Below, piece by piece: positions 39,292 through 54,000 of a DNA stretch of 64,000 nucleotides. Where the stretch lies: NCBI RefSeq assembly GCF_963676685.1, contig NC_092352.1, positions 46,996,001-47,060,000 on the forward strand. Reading direction: 5' to 3'. The translations under genes were made by a program, and so were the position numbers. The stretch is from Mytilus edulis (Eukaryota). The notes under the pieces are model-generated. The model was not told where the DNA came from and ran no database searches. It saw only the letters and a program-made list of their open reading frames with translations. How positions within the stretch are numbered: position 1 is the stretch's first letter; every line of letters begins with the position of its first letter.

Positions 39292-40439
39292 TACCACATG
39301 TCAATGTCAGCGTTGTATTGTTATTAGCATTTATCTAAAGCTTTGAACGACACTATTTAATGTGTGGTATAAAGCTTTTCGTGCACTACTCGTAACATTA
39401 GAAAACTTTTTTCTTGTATGTTTACAAATTCCACAAAGAATTCTCAAGTTACCATATACCTAAGCATATGTACGGAGACAAAAATTATTTGCATGCTTTT
39501 TTGTTGAATAATGCAATATTTTTACTTCTATCGAGGGTCTGATTTTTTTTTTTTTTTTTTGTGGTGTTTTCAATTATGTAAAATCTTAAGGGTCTGAAGC
39601 AATATCTAAGGTGTTTAGTGCTATCAGTCTGTTGTTACCTCTGACATTTCTTTTTCCCCTTTATTTCAGACTTTTTTTATTCGATGGCTTGGGGATTTTC
39701 CCTCTTGCATGTTCTTGATTATTTGTTTCCTTTTTCATATATATTTTTAATGACTCAGATTATCGAAGCACTTTTATATAAATATCAGTGTCATGGTGTT
39801 TGATTATAATACATCAGATTTTAGAGAAATTAATGGAAAGAATATGATGCTTTGAAGAATAAAAATTAAAAAGTATAGACAAAACTCTGATATGGAGCAA
39901 CGGATAGAAACATCATTACGGTCGCAAAATTAAAGATGGACTACAGACGATACTGGGCATACAACGTCCTACACTAAATTTAGTGGTCACAGAAAATGAA
40001 ACGAGGATATGTCAATTAATATACTATTTGCTTTTTAAACGAAGCAAATCAGCAAAAAGCCAAATTTCAAAATGGCACGAACAACCCATGTTAAATTATT
40101 TAAATATTTATGTACCACTGTACAATTATCAAAATTGCACTTTTTCATGTAATACAGGTAAGCTGCACGTGTTTATCTGAAATGGTGCATCTCTTGTCAG
40201 CGGACTTTTGTGAATTGTTCTAGTATTTTATATCTGAGTGAATAAATGTTGTCTTAATTTACTCACCTTTTAATTGAACTATGCTGTTTATTAAGAAGTA
40301 CCAGATACATTTCTATATTTGTGTCTTCTGTACTATTATTTTTCTGTTTGTCCCTCTGGTATCTTTCGCCCCTTTTTTTTTTATAAAATGCACGACTACA
40401 TAAATGTTTCTTCTAAATTAGGTTTTATTAATTTCTACA

Positions 40440-41000
40440 AATGGTCTGACAATTCCTAATATACGCCCCATAAGTCGTTTTCTTACCATTTCAAGAAAAA
40501 ATGATAATGTGTCACAGCCGGTGAAGGCATGAAACAGTTGTAATACTTTAAATTTCTTTAATTCTAGAACAAGGCATAATCCAAACACTTGAACTAATCC
40601 AAAGCTATTTTCAGTGCCAAACTATTTCCATAATTGTTTAATCTGAAACCTTTTGAAACAAGACACAGGTAAGACAAAATCATCTACTGTATATCAACAG
40701 TGTTTTCCCCTGTTCTGTCCGAACTTTCTAGGCAGCATCTTAGACATGTGAAAGGATTCTAATTACTGCCTCCTCATAAATAAAAGAAAATCGATTGAAT
40801 ACCTTTATGCAGTATTTTCAATGGCGTGGTCCTTGCCAGATTTCTATTTTAGCTTTGATTTTGTTATCAGCAAGAAATGAAACAGCTTGACTCCGCCAAA
40901 GAAATTCAGTACAAAATATCTTTGAATCGTCCATGTAAATCTTGAGAGGCACGTACCAGAATGTTTTGCATGCCTTTAAAGCTGCCTATGAAGGTTAATT
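40440..41000 (-). pseudogene. Highly decayed DNA-transposon protein relic (Academ-associated XPG-like type, tentative)
   Basis: Minus strand gives YEEAVIRILSHV*DA (HEEADTR-like), LWK*FGT and FHAFTGCDTLSFF/NGKKT, with stops and frameshifts. Confidence 0.55.
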
Positions 41001-43597
41001 CTGATTAAAAAAAAAATGTAGACGAAAATAGTGTTGTTTTATTTGTGTCTTGTTAAAACAGCCTCAGATTGATCATTTGTAGATAGGTTTTGGTACGCAA
41101 ATGAACTTTGAATTTATTCCAGTTCATAGATAATGCCTTACATTATGACCATTGAAGTCAAAGTATTACCACTGTTTCATGTCTTCAACGATAGTAACAA
41201 AATGTCATCTTTTCTGTGAAAGGTCAAAATCAGCTTGGGACGCATATCGCTTAAATGAGATATTTTCAGCAGCGCTATTTTGATTTTTTTTTTTTTGTAT
41301 CTATAAATATAGAATAATAATGAATATAATCTAACATATCTTCGTTGTATTTTCGTAGTTTTTATTTCTATGTTTATATCTACTGAACTCTTGTACATTA
41401 GTAGATTTCATCAACCGTAAAACTATGGTGTTGTATCCCAGTACCATCTGTCGATCATCTTTAATTTGGCGGTCAAATTTGGGGTGTTTTTTTTTCGTTG
41501 CGCTTTATACATTTTGTGCATGTCCCTTATATGTTACTCTGCCAAGTTTCAAATTTTACCATGAAGTGGTAAATTGTTCTGATATCTGCATAACTATATG
41601 TAGTATAATAAACTGATCATGCATACCATGATCACAATGTTGTACATAGGCGTGTGTTTAGTTCTACAAAAGACGCAGTGACGCTAAGAAAAAGTTGAAA
41701 CGCCAAAAAAAGTGAAATCTATAAAATAAAAATAATAAAAAAGCAGTGTTACATGTATATGAACTTATCATGTATAATGATCGGATTATTATTTAGAATA
41801 AATTATTTATCTTCTAGACAAAAATTGCTGGTTATTGTTTCATATTGCATGCAGATGTATTTTTTTTATTGAGGCATACCAACGGTCTAAAAGAAGGACG
41901 TAAGATACCAAAGGGACAGTCAAACTCATAAATCTAAAACAAACTGACAACGCCATGGCTAAAAATTAAAAAGACAAACAAAATAGACAATACCTGAAAC
42001 ATGTTAACTATCTGAATTGATATATGCTTGATTTGTATTAGATTTCAAAATCGACGAGCACTTTGACAGTTATTTCTCGAGAAAAATTAGAAGAAACAAA
42101 TGTTCTAAACATGTTTAGAAGAAAATTCAGTGGCGTGCAATTAAAAATTGTATTATATAAATGGATAGTGTTGTTTTTGTTTTCCTTTTTCAAATGTATT
42201 TATGTGCATGTTAATCAACGTTATTTCCTTTCTATTAGGTATAAAATACTAAATGAAATAAAAGTATTAGACTTTCCAATGCTATTTTTCGATTTAATTG
42301 CTCTATACAAAAAACTTTTCTACAGTATAGAACTAATCGAGTTTTTAATGCAGGATTTTTAATTCATGAATCGATGAGTCTTAAAATGCAACGAAGCCAA
42401 GCGTGCCTTAAACATTGTTACTTGAAGAATACCGCCGATTAGTTGCCTCTATCTTTAAATTTTATCAAATATATTACTAATTAAATAACAATATTGAAAT
42501 AATTTTCGATACCACAATAACATTTTCGAAAGCTTGTAACTTTCTTTTTTGAATAAACAAAGGAATTATTTAGTCTTTTCTTATAAGCATTTATTTTGTT
42601 GTTTGTTTTTGTTGCGGTTTCTGTTGGTCCGTTGTTTTCCTCTTATAGTTGATGTGTTTCTCTTGGTTTTGGTGTGTGGCCCGGATTTTTTTTTCTCGCT
42701 TAATCGATTTATGACCATTAAACTGCGGTATGCTACTGTTGCATTTTTTAACATGTCAACCTTAAGTGTCAATAATGAAACATAACATACGGTTAACAAA
42801 TTAATGTGACAAAGTTTGAAAATCTTTTTCTTTGCAATAGACCTCTAGATTAATTGATGAATTTGAAATGTAAACCAAAGATTTTAGATTAGAAACGGAT
42901 TATTTTATATATCAACTAGACAAAGCTAACCTCATGTACCTGCAATATTTTGTTGTTTTTTTCTTTACATTAGTTAGTTATTTTGTTTTGCTGCATGTCA
43001 TTACTTACAAATATGAAGATTTCATCTAGAATATATTTGAACACTGTTTGTATATGTTGTTAATAAAAAGACATGATATTTTTCAGTTGTAACACTTTTT
43101 AATGGGATCCCCTACCTTTGATGTATCTATATCATGCATCAACTTTTTTAATATTCATGGACCGTCCACACATACAATTAAATCTTCAACAGTACCTTTA
43201 ATGGTTGCAAAGATGTTTTTCGAGGTACGTGGTTTGTTGGCGCTTTTTAAGCTATTTATATTTGACTTAAAGGGTTTCGATTTGACCATTTTATTTAGAC
43301 GACATGGACCTACTATCGAATTAGATTCAGGTTTGAACTTGCATGATCAACAAGACGGGTGCCATGTGGATAAGGATCTGCTTACCCTTCTAGAGCACTT
43401 GAGATCACCCCGGTTTTTGGTAGGGTTCGTTTTGCGCAGTCTTTCTCTTTGTTTTTTTTTAACACTGTTGTTTGCCTTTTTGTCTTTTTCATTTTGTTCG
43501 GCATTTCATAGCGTTGTCAATTTAATTTCGACTTTTGAATTTGGATGTTCTTTTCTTATCTTTCTCCTCTTTTTACGCTCGTGCAGTTTTATATAGA

Positions 43598-43730
43598 CCT
43601 CCTTTATAGGGGTGTGCTCCCACAAAAATTGCTCCAACAGAGATTTGAGGAAAAACGTCTGAAAGTCACTGCATAAGATTTACGGTCACAGTTACACTAA
43701 TTGGTTGACTGATACGGTATGTCTATGTAT
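43598..43730 (+). mobile_element. Small decayed fragment of a Penelope-like RT C-terminus
   Basis: QKLLQQRFEEKRLK/SLHKIYG resembles TEKLLHQGFRYHKLVKTFTKFY of the 32.4-kb RT. Confidence 0.4.
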
Positions 43731-44996
43731 AAAATCACAGCAACATGATTTTTGTCGTCTTAGATCTTCAAATATCAGTGTAATTGTCTGATCTTTAATT
43801 TCCGTTTGTGTATCATTTTCCGCTTTTGACATGTTGACCCCTTGTGTATTCGAATGGCAGGTAATGCATGCATAGCAGCGGGCGTACCCTGTGACGACGT
43901 ACCTGGGCTCATCCTTCAGGAGTTCATGTAATATCTTTTTGTAAGCCTGATTTGTCTTTTTTATCACTTTATGAGAAAAGAACATTGATCAACTAGTGTT
44001 GCCTTAGTTTACTGTAGGATGCGCACTCAATTCCTTACATGATCCTCGCTTGATTTTTCGACTCTATTCTGAGCTGTACTCCAGACAGTAATATTTTCCT
44101 GGACTAAATATTAATATCAGAAAAATAGTCCCAAAGAATCCACAGAAACACGTCCTAATGAGAAAATATAGGCTGGGTGATTTAGTTTCTCCCTTTTTTG
44201 TTGATAGAAGAAACTACCATATAATTGCATAGTCTGGCTAACAGATCTTGACCCTGAATTAAATGTAACTTTGTCAGTATATTCTAACTGCTCTCAAGTG
44301 CAGTAAATATATGTTTTTCCTACTGATTATGTTTGAAAATTGAACTGGTCTAAGTTTTGGAGTTTGTCGACAACGTCAACGAGTTTTTTTATTAGTATTC
44401 ACTTATAAAGGTTGCCCCGTAGAGAACTTGGATTGTCATAAAAGAGGAATTACATCTGTAAAGAATGCATATACAAACACACATAGTGACTAGTCATTCT
44501 TAAGACACCAGGATTGCGGTTTTCTATGACATTCAACATAATTCCTGAATATGATTGAAAAATGCTCTGTGGTTAAAGCTAAATCATTCTAAAGATAAAA
44601 AAAGTATAATAATCTTCGAGATGAAATAAGTAAGAATTTGCTATTAATGTATGAACCAATTGCACCAAGAGCAGAATACTAGTACACCTGTTTGAGAAAC
44701 TTATTTTTTAACTGGTTTTTTTTAATGAGCCAAACACAGGTTAGTCACAGTTTGAATAGGTTGGTTCCTGACAAAATACTATTGCAGCCATAATATTTGG
44801 AGAGAAACTGCCTTATTTGACCAGGCTGGTGATAAAAACCAAGACCTCTTGCACCTGAAGCGAGCATGCTACCATGGGTCACAAAGAAGGTTATATTACT
44901 ATCGGATTTTCTTATTTTAAACGAGCATATGGTTTCAATATATAAGATAAGAATTAAGGAGTGAAAGTAAAGTCAGAGTGTTCATCATGTTCATGT

Positions 44997-45002
44997 TTTA
45001 TT
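44997..45002 (-). promoter_or_regulatory. Candidate poly(A) signal of the TNIP-like gene (would imply a ~3-kb 3' UTR)
   Basis: AATAAA on the minus strand at the end of a transposon-poor stretch following the stop codon; other AATAAA sites exist. Confidence 0.3.
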
Positions 45003-47689
45003 TAACACTTAACAGGCACATGTACATATTATACACAGCTAAAGTATATCGTTTAAATAATATGCATTTTTTTTCCTTAAAACAGAATCAACCAATAGCT
45101 ATGAATATTCAGTAATTTGAAAAGATATTGATTAGATCGCTCCAGATAATGGAGGCTGCCATTTAAGTTGACTCCATGTCTTCATGTGACTTTCAATGTT
45201 GACTCACCTAACTGGTTATTGTTTGTAATCAATTAATCTTAACCAGGGCATACTTTTTCAAACTTATACAAATTTTTAGATTAAAAAGAAGCATCTGATT
45301 TTGAAAAAAGTTTCATTTAAATAAGATGGATGTCATCCTATTTCCCAGGTGGAGCCACTCTTATATCATTTACAACAGAAATAGCTTACATCAAGCTAAT
45401 TATAAAGAGAAGAATATAAAATGAAAATAAACACTAAGATTTATAAATTTAAATTCTATATAATAAACAAACATATAAATAGTTTCACAAAAATGTCCAG
45501 GTCAATTTCAAACATTAACTACATGTATTTCTACTGTGTTTTCATAGTTTTTTCACAAAGTAATTTTTGTTTCGTCAAAATGATCTAATTGTTAATACTA
45601 CAAAAAAGATTTGAGAGAGTAACAGTGCAACCTTATTTTATAACATAAATTAAGACAATTAAGTTTTGACCTTTTGAAAAGGTTGCATACCTTTAACTTA
45701 ATGTGATGCTATGGGGCAACTCAAGCCACCAATGAAATGTGCATTTATCTTTCTTTACAGCAATTTCAGAGCTCTGACATTCCTGCTTGTATAACTCTTG
45801 AATAAAATATGTCATTTGTAATAAATTTACATGCATTCTATAAAGTTGAAATTATTTGAAATTGAACCCTATACAGGTTATATTTATTCTATACATAATT
45901 GATCACAATAACAAAATATAGAAATTTTAGAACAGAAATAATAGTTTTGAAGATACTTAGTTTTGAAAAGACAATTCACAAACAGTTTTTGGCATTATCA
46001 GATATGAGCAAACCCCTTTCCCAAAATGGTATTCAAACCAATGATATAGATTTGTATAAGACATCTTTTAACAAAATATCTTTTTGAGTAAATCCTTGGC
46101 TAAGACATAGTCAATTATTAAGGACACAATTGAGTCCTTCTGCTTTATATCAGAAATAGTTAATAGAAAAAGAGACTAATAAAATGTTATATTAAAGATG
46201 CAACCGTGACATAATAGATTTTAACAACAATGGACACTTTAACTGTACAGGTTTAGAAAGGACAACATAAACAATATGCACCTTATATATACAAATGAGT
46301 CAGACTCATTGTTTGCTAAGATATTTACTCAAATACTTATGCCATAAATGAAATTTCATAACTATTATCAGATATTGTTATTTCTGGTGTATAAGTTGAA
46401 TTTAACAATGAAAAATTAAAGAATGTTGATAATATTACAAATATTAATAATATCTATATTTAATTTTATATAAATATTATAATTTTTGTTTGAATATTAA
46501 GTCATTGAATATGGTTTAAATCTAAATTTTCTTTAAAAAAAATCCTAAATAAGGAAATTAAGAGTGTTAATGCAAAATTTATAATTAATATTTATAACAA
46601 ATGTATAATATATTATCTTTAAATTTTCTTTCTTAAGATACTTGCGTCATTAGCCATTAATCATTGACATTGTCTTGGAAAATAGCGGTGAACATATTAA
46701 CAATGGTCTTTCAAACTAGAGGAAGTTTTCAACTTCAAACGATCTAAGGGCTATCACTTCTGATTAAGATTAAAGCAGGGAAATTGCCTCTTGTTTCAAA
46801 AACAACTGATATTTTATTAATACAAAAAACACTATCTAGTAAAATAAACTACATGGTTGATTTTCCTCCTAACCCTAAAAATTTGTCAAGTGAATTATTT
46901 TCCATATTAAAGTCAATTTGCACTGAACATCAAACTAAGCACTCTTAAGGTTTATTGAATTTATTTGACAACTTGGTCAAGGAAGATAATTTGTGTTAAG
47001 AAACAAAATCAGTCTTATATAGGGGTGGGGAGGTGATAAAGAACACCATTAAGTGGCAACATACTCTTAAATCTATACAAAATTCTTTGTTATATAAATA
47101 AACAATAACAAATCATAGCTCCTGTGTTCTTTTATGGTAAGGGTACAATTAAGTGTAAGACTGTACACAATGTAATTGATTAAAATCAAATCTATAATAA
47201 CAATTGAAGTAGCATTGTGCAAAAAAAGTTGAAATGAAGACATTGCTTCTTTAAAAAAACATTTTAAACAAGACACTAGAGATATTGCTTTGGACTTGAA
47301 TGTTTTTCTTGTCAGCAATGAGTTTGTAAAATATCAGTCCTCGGATGTATAAACTACCAAAGCATATCAATAACTAGTTTACAATTTAATGAGTAACTTC
47401 CCTTACTTTTAGCACAACAAGTCCTAATAATCAACTTTATTTTAAGAGAAAGCAGCCAAGTAAGACAGCAAATTTATACAGATCACAAACAATATGTAAA
47501 AGTTTATATTGTAACTACAATCCTTAAATATCTTGTAAAAGCGAAACACATAAAGTCATTAATATTTTCATTTCAACAATATTAAATATGAAATCTGTCT
47601 TTTTATATATAGTAAGATATTCATACTTCCTCTTCTGTTAGAGAACCAAGACAGAATTGACAATGAATTTGCTGTTAATCTTCCTTATG

Positions 47690-47885
47690 TGGAATATCCT
47701 TTTCTGAAGGAACAGTCAAATAATATGCAGAATATCCTCTTTAAAGAAGAGTCAAATAATATCTAGAATATTCTTGTCATCAAGAACAATCAAATGATAT
47801 ATAGAATAGTTGCATCAAGAACAGTCAAAATAACCTTGTTAGAAAGAACAGTCATAATATCCTAATCACAAAGAACAGTCAATGA
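47690..47885. repeat. Degenerate short tandem repeat in the TNIP-like 3' UTR
   Basis: About six copies of (a/g)gaacagtca(a/t) spaced about 25-38 bp apart. Confidence 0.6.
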
Positions 47886-48034
47886 TCTGTCAGTATAAAT
47901 TTCACTAAAAATGTACAACTGATTTTAACATTTATTTGTGTTTTCCATTTTTCCGTATTTTTCTGGCTAATGCGAAATTTGTCTCAAGAGAAAAAGGGAC
48001 AGATTAAAATCCTTCAGTGGATAATGGATAAATT

Positions 48035-51000
48035 TCACCGCACACAATCTGATGATAAGTCATTCTGTTCTCCATTTTCTCCTCTTCTCCATAATGTCTA
48101 AAAAATACAATTATAAGATAAATTTTTACAAATTTATAGTTAATAATTATGACATATCAAAAGAAGGTTATGCTGATAATGAAAATTATTCATCAACAGA
48201 TAGTGAATAACTTTCAGACACTTTTAAGCAATGTGCCACTATTAATCAATCATTCTTACTCTGAAGATAATCCATGAAGTACCAAAATGTCTTAGTTTAT
48301 GAAAAATCATCAGGTGCTCGTAATTATGTGTTATGGCATAACCTACATTGTTCCTTTAATACACATAATTAATATGGCACTAACAAAAAATCTCCTTCAG
48401 AGCTATTGTGTTTAGAACCAGTTAATATCAGTATTCTCTCTATTACTCATATAATTAGTAATTTCTTAATAAAATGATCAGCATTGAAAATATTAGTTGC
48501 TGCTGGACATTTTAAAAGCTGTTCAGAACTAAGGTTAATAATTGCATTGATATACTGCCTTTTAAATGAGGTCTATGACTTATGTCTTAAATACAACCAT
48601 GCTGCTATCAATCTATGAAAATATTTATTATAGGTAGCTAAACATTTATGTTTTGAGTGAAAATATAAAATTAGCTTATTTGTAATACTTGGTGGGATAT
48701 TTATATGTACTTGAAAAGATTGAAAATCTATGGTATTTTAAAACATGTCTTATAAAAAAGTCGGCAATTTTCTAATCAATTGGGACATTTGAAAATTTGA
48801 ATTATCCATAAATTATTTGTAAAAGCCATTTTTAATGCGTAAGGTTTCAAGATACCATTATTCTTCTATATTTTAAAGAAATAATATGCAACTTCCTACT
48901 AATTATGGGTATTTTTTGGCTGATAAATTTGTTACAAAACACAAGCATCCAGAAATTTCATAAGTGGGGGCCCACTGACTGCCTTAGAGGGGTTCCAGTC
49001 ACGCTTCAGTGATTCCATATATAAGCAACCAAATTTTTTTCACAAAAAAGGGGGGAGAATGAATTCGGTTTTTAGTATATTAAAAATGCAACTGTATCTT
49101 TGAACTCTCTGTACTCATTTTAAACACGATACTTACAGGGGAAGAAGATGGGTTCTGGACTGCTGTAATACCTGTAATATCATTAAAATTTATTTTATAA
49201 CATTTAAAAGAAAATTCATATATTCATACTTCCTTCAAACAGTATTATATTTGAATTGTAAGTTCTTGTATGTTTGATAAAAAAATACAGTATAAATAAA
49301 CTCATTATAGATACCAGGACTAAATTTAGTATATATGCCAGACGTGCGTTTCGTCTACAAAAGACTTATCAGTGACGCTCGAATAAAAAAAAAGATAAAA
49401 AGGCCAAATAAAGTACGAAGTTGAAGAGCATTGAAGACCAAAATTTCTAAAAGCTTATCCAAATACAGCTAAGGTAATCTATGCCTGAGGTAGAAAAGAC
49501 TTAGTATTTCAAAAAATTCAAAATTTTGTAAAGAGTAAATTTATAAATATAACCATATCAATGACAATTCATGTCAGCACAAAAAGTGCTGACTACTGGG
49601 CTTGTGGTACCCTTGGGGAAATAAATCTCCACCAGCAGTGGCATTGACCCAGTGGTTGTAAATAAATTCAGTTTTTGTAATCATCAAAGGTTAAACAGAA
49701 CACACTTTTTACACTTATTCATGCCTGATGTTCTTCCTACACAAAATTTTACAGCAGAGTTCCAGAAATTAAGCATAAAATAGTAAAAAAAAAATACTAA
49801 AGCAGTCTTTTTAACCAAAACATTTCTTATAAGAAGCTTCACATTGCTTTCAGGAAAATTTCATATTATCAACATTGATTTTCCGATATTTTTTTCCTAG
49901 TCAGTTTTGCTCTGCTTAATTTTTTTGGGCAAGTCAAACCTGCATGTATACATGATAATCTAAGTTCTATTATTAGCAACAGGGGCCATGTTTGTTGATA
50001 AATCAACTCCCCCCATACATATTTTTTTATACTAGATTCACTGAGAAACATTCAGTTAAAATGGTTTGCATTTGGACCAGAAGTCAAAGATGAACATTTT
50101 GATTGAAGTTTATGACAACGGCAGATGGACAATGAACAACAATGACAGACCTCAAGTGATGGCAAAAGCTCACATGGCCCTTTAGCCCAGTTAAGCTAAA
50201 GTTTATTAACAATTTTTTTTTTTAAGAAACCTCTATTCAGTACTTAATGATGACTGACACTCACCTGGTAATTTGATTTTCCCACACATCTCACAAACCG
50301 ACCGAGTTGGATGGTTAGAGTATGTGCAATCATCACAATTCCATGCTCCTGGTTGCTGTTCTTGTGGGTATCTCTCTCTATTACTTTGAAGGTTGCCTAA
50401 AAAACAATGAAGGGTAACAGATTTTTTACCATATTTCTCGAAATGCAGAACATATCTCAGAATATAGGGGCAGGGTTTCAATACCTCTGATAAAATTAAA
50501 AGATGTGGTACAGTTGCCAATGAAAAAACTCTCCACCAAGTACCAATTGACGAAAAAGATTACCCTTTTTTTATTCAATAGAGACAAACCACAGTTTTGT
50601 TGTTGACTTTTTTATAAAAGGTAGGCTTTGTACCATCTTTTTTTATTTTCTATTGACCTAATAGGTTATTTTTATAACTAAAATTTAATTCTTCACGTTA
50701 AACACAACTTTTTGTTTGGATTGTGAAGTATATTTCCTTTGAATGATCTCTGTATGTGTAATGCAAACTTTTAAATTTTGATAAGTATTTAACATTACCC
50801 TTGTGTTTAGCTTAACAATTTTATATTTAATTATGATATTGAGTTATGATTTAATTTTGGATGTAACGCGTCTTCTGATTGGCTGACGTAATTTTGTTAA
50901 GAGCCCATAGACATAATTTACATGTGACCGTGACGTCATCAACGTTTTTCATGTTTTTCTACGGTTTAAAATGGAATTTAAAATTAAATTATAAGAAATG

Positions 51001-54000
51001 TCTGTAATATTTTTTCTGTCTATTCGAAATAACATAAAAAATGTGGTTCACACTGTTAAATAACCCGCTACGCGCGTTATTCAGTGTACACCACATTTTT
51101 TATGTTATTTCTTCATAGACAGAAAAAATATTACAGTCATTCCTTAAATAATGCAGTTTCTATTTTTGTTATAATGAAATGCTATTTCTAATACCTGGTC
51201 CAACTTGATTTTGGTGGAATATATAAGGAGGTGATGGCCTAGCATATGGATCAGTCTCTGGTTGTACCATTAATGAATGCTGAGGTCTTGTTGATGTTAT
51301 GTTTGGTGTAAATGTTGGAGGTACTTGTTGTGATAAAAGTTGACTTTCCAACTGACGAACCTGAAAAACACAAACAATCAAATTCCTACAGAAACGTGTA
51401 ATAAAGAAAAATATAATGGGAACTTTGACATGAATTTTTTTATTGCATTTTCTAAAATTCTCTTTATACAAAATAGCTATATGTCTGTCTTTAGTGGAAT
51501 TGACATAAATTCTTAAATCAAAATTTTAAAATGTTAAAAGTCACAGAATCCAAAATAGGGACTACGTCTAATCAATTTAAGACAAGCACCAGCAGTTGCA
51601 AATCAAAATTTTAAAATGCTTATAAACAAACAATTGTAACTCAAAAGCAATATTTTCGCACTATAATTCATTTGATTTGCAGAAATAAAAAATACCAATG
51701 AAAATGAAAACATGAAACTAATCAAATATTTAAAATACTGTATTTGCTTCATAAATAACTAAAATAAGTAATATAATTATTATTTACTACCATTAAGATG
51801 AATTGTAATATGAATTAAAAATATGATGCAGCGCTATTGCATTTCAATTCTCTTATTTCTGACAAAGCGCAATGCTATCTAATCAAATTGACAAGCTATT
51901 GATTTTATGATCTTTAAATTTCCTGTGTTTACTTGCCAATTTTGAACAAATGATCGACCGTTTTAAGCTACATAGATGATGTCCAATATGGGTGGACAAG
52001 TTCAATGAAAAAGCAAAATGATTTCCATTTACACAGTGCTACTGTCAAAAAGATCTCATTACTAAAAAGTGTGTATAGATGCAGAAATTGCATACAATGT
52101 AAATTATAAGTATAATACAAATTTTAAAATGTCACTCAGTGCTACTTAACTCACTTTATTTCTGAGTTCAACATTGGCACTATTAAGTCTAGTGCTCTCT
52201 TCAATGGCTTCTTTAACATTAACTTCTGCTGTTTGAAGCTATAAAGAAAATTTTAATGTCAACCTTTTTGTTTTTGAAATGTTCTCTATTTTTCTTTTAT
52301 CATTTCATTTATAATTTTCCCAATGTTAGCTTTAATAACGTATTAAATCATTAACATATTTTATTCATTACATTAATTTAAAAAAAACAAATTTACAATA
52401 AACTTTTATAAAAAAAAATGTTATAACTTTATTACATATATGTATTTTTATTATTTTTAAGTATTGAAGCATACCTCATACCTGCCAACTGTCACTATTT
52501 GCGGGGATTTCTCCCATGAAAGCTTTTAAAAGAGAAATTTTATCCACAATTTAAAACTAAACAATTAATTTTACAATGGCTATAGGATTGTAAAAGTACA
52601 AAGAAGCTAAAATTAACTTTGAAATGCATTTGAAGCCCCCTTGAAGGTTTTATAAGGCTATAAAAAACTTATCTTGCAAACAAAACCCCCATTGGCATTT
52701 TGAAATGTTGGCAGGTATGATACCTTGCTTGTAGAAGGTTTTTGCTTATTTGTGTTACTTCAAAACATAAAAATGAAAATTTAAGTAGGATTCTTTTCTT
52801 ATTATCCTGTGTTTGTATTTATAAATATCGGATTGAAAATGACTTTTTAAAGTTTTTAATTCCTGCAAATGTGAAAGCATATATATAGCTGTACAAATAT
52901 AATGTACCTGACATAGACATTCTGATCCCAATAGGTTCAGAATTTCAGCAATTTGTAAAATGATGATGATGATGGATGGCCATTTAACGTCCAATGGAAA
53001 ATTAATTGCATATTCTAGACAAGAATATGTTATTGTAAAATAAATTTTAATTCTGCATTATACTCAACTGATTCACTGAGTTGGATTTTTAACATGCTTA
53101 TTCACAAGGATTCAGTCCATAGGAAAACATGTCACCCTACCCAGAAAAATTATTTTGACTACGAGCCGACCAGTATTTGCTCTTAATCCTTAATGCCATT
53201 GTAAAATGGAAAAAAACAGAAAACATGGCATGGTCTAGTGATACAATTGAGGAAAGGAAGATGGGACTATTATCTTAAAGCTAATTTGTATCTATTTTGA
53301 TTCGGATTAAACATGCTCATGATAATGAACCAAAATTTTGATTACTTTTGAAATGATTCTGTTTTGACAATGTAAATAATTTGTATATAAAACAAAATTT
53401 CAATGGTATTGGACTTTTACTGCACTATACATAAAGCACGCAGGTGGAGGATATTACTGTTAGTCATAATGGTGCCTATGAAGACACTGGTGTGGTTCTC
53501 CTATATAGGAGGTTAAAGATACAGAGTTTGTAGTTTTTAGTTACTTGATTGTATGGCTTTGTCAAATTCTGCCATCAAGCTTATCAAACTTCTTGATTAA
53601 TAATGAATCAACAGAACGTGCAAGTCATTTAACAAAATATTTATGTGAACATCATGTGCAAGCGACATATCAAAATCAAATGTTAAATAACTAGTTGGTT
53701 AGCTAGTTTTAGTCAAAACAATGACGTAATAATGGTGGTTTTTGTCGGGAAGATTAAATGTTTCGACCACCATTCAATAATTGCATTGCAATCTCACAAA
53801 TATTTTCTGAATTTACACTATACAATTACCTGAGTTTGATAACGTTTATTCTGATCAACAAGCTTATGATTTTCTGTTCTGAGTTTTCCTAATTGTTTAT
53901 TTATATCATCTTTTTCTGACTGAGCCTTAGCTCGATCACTTCTTTCTCTATCAAAATCTTCCTGGAAAACTGTAAGCTAAAAACAAAAAAGCAAAATTTC

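Noticed and set aside
43102-43985. ORFs of 164 aa (+) and 97 aa (-)
   Set aside because: The first runs through recognisable repeats. The second has no motif or splice partners I can support and partly overlaps an RT relic.
48035-48050. C-terminal DCVR of the TNIP-like protein as a prenylation signal
   Set aside because: Cys is third from the end, so it is not a CaaX motif.
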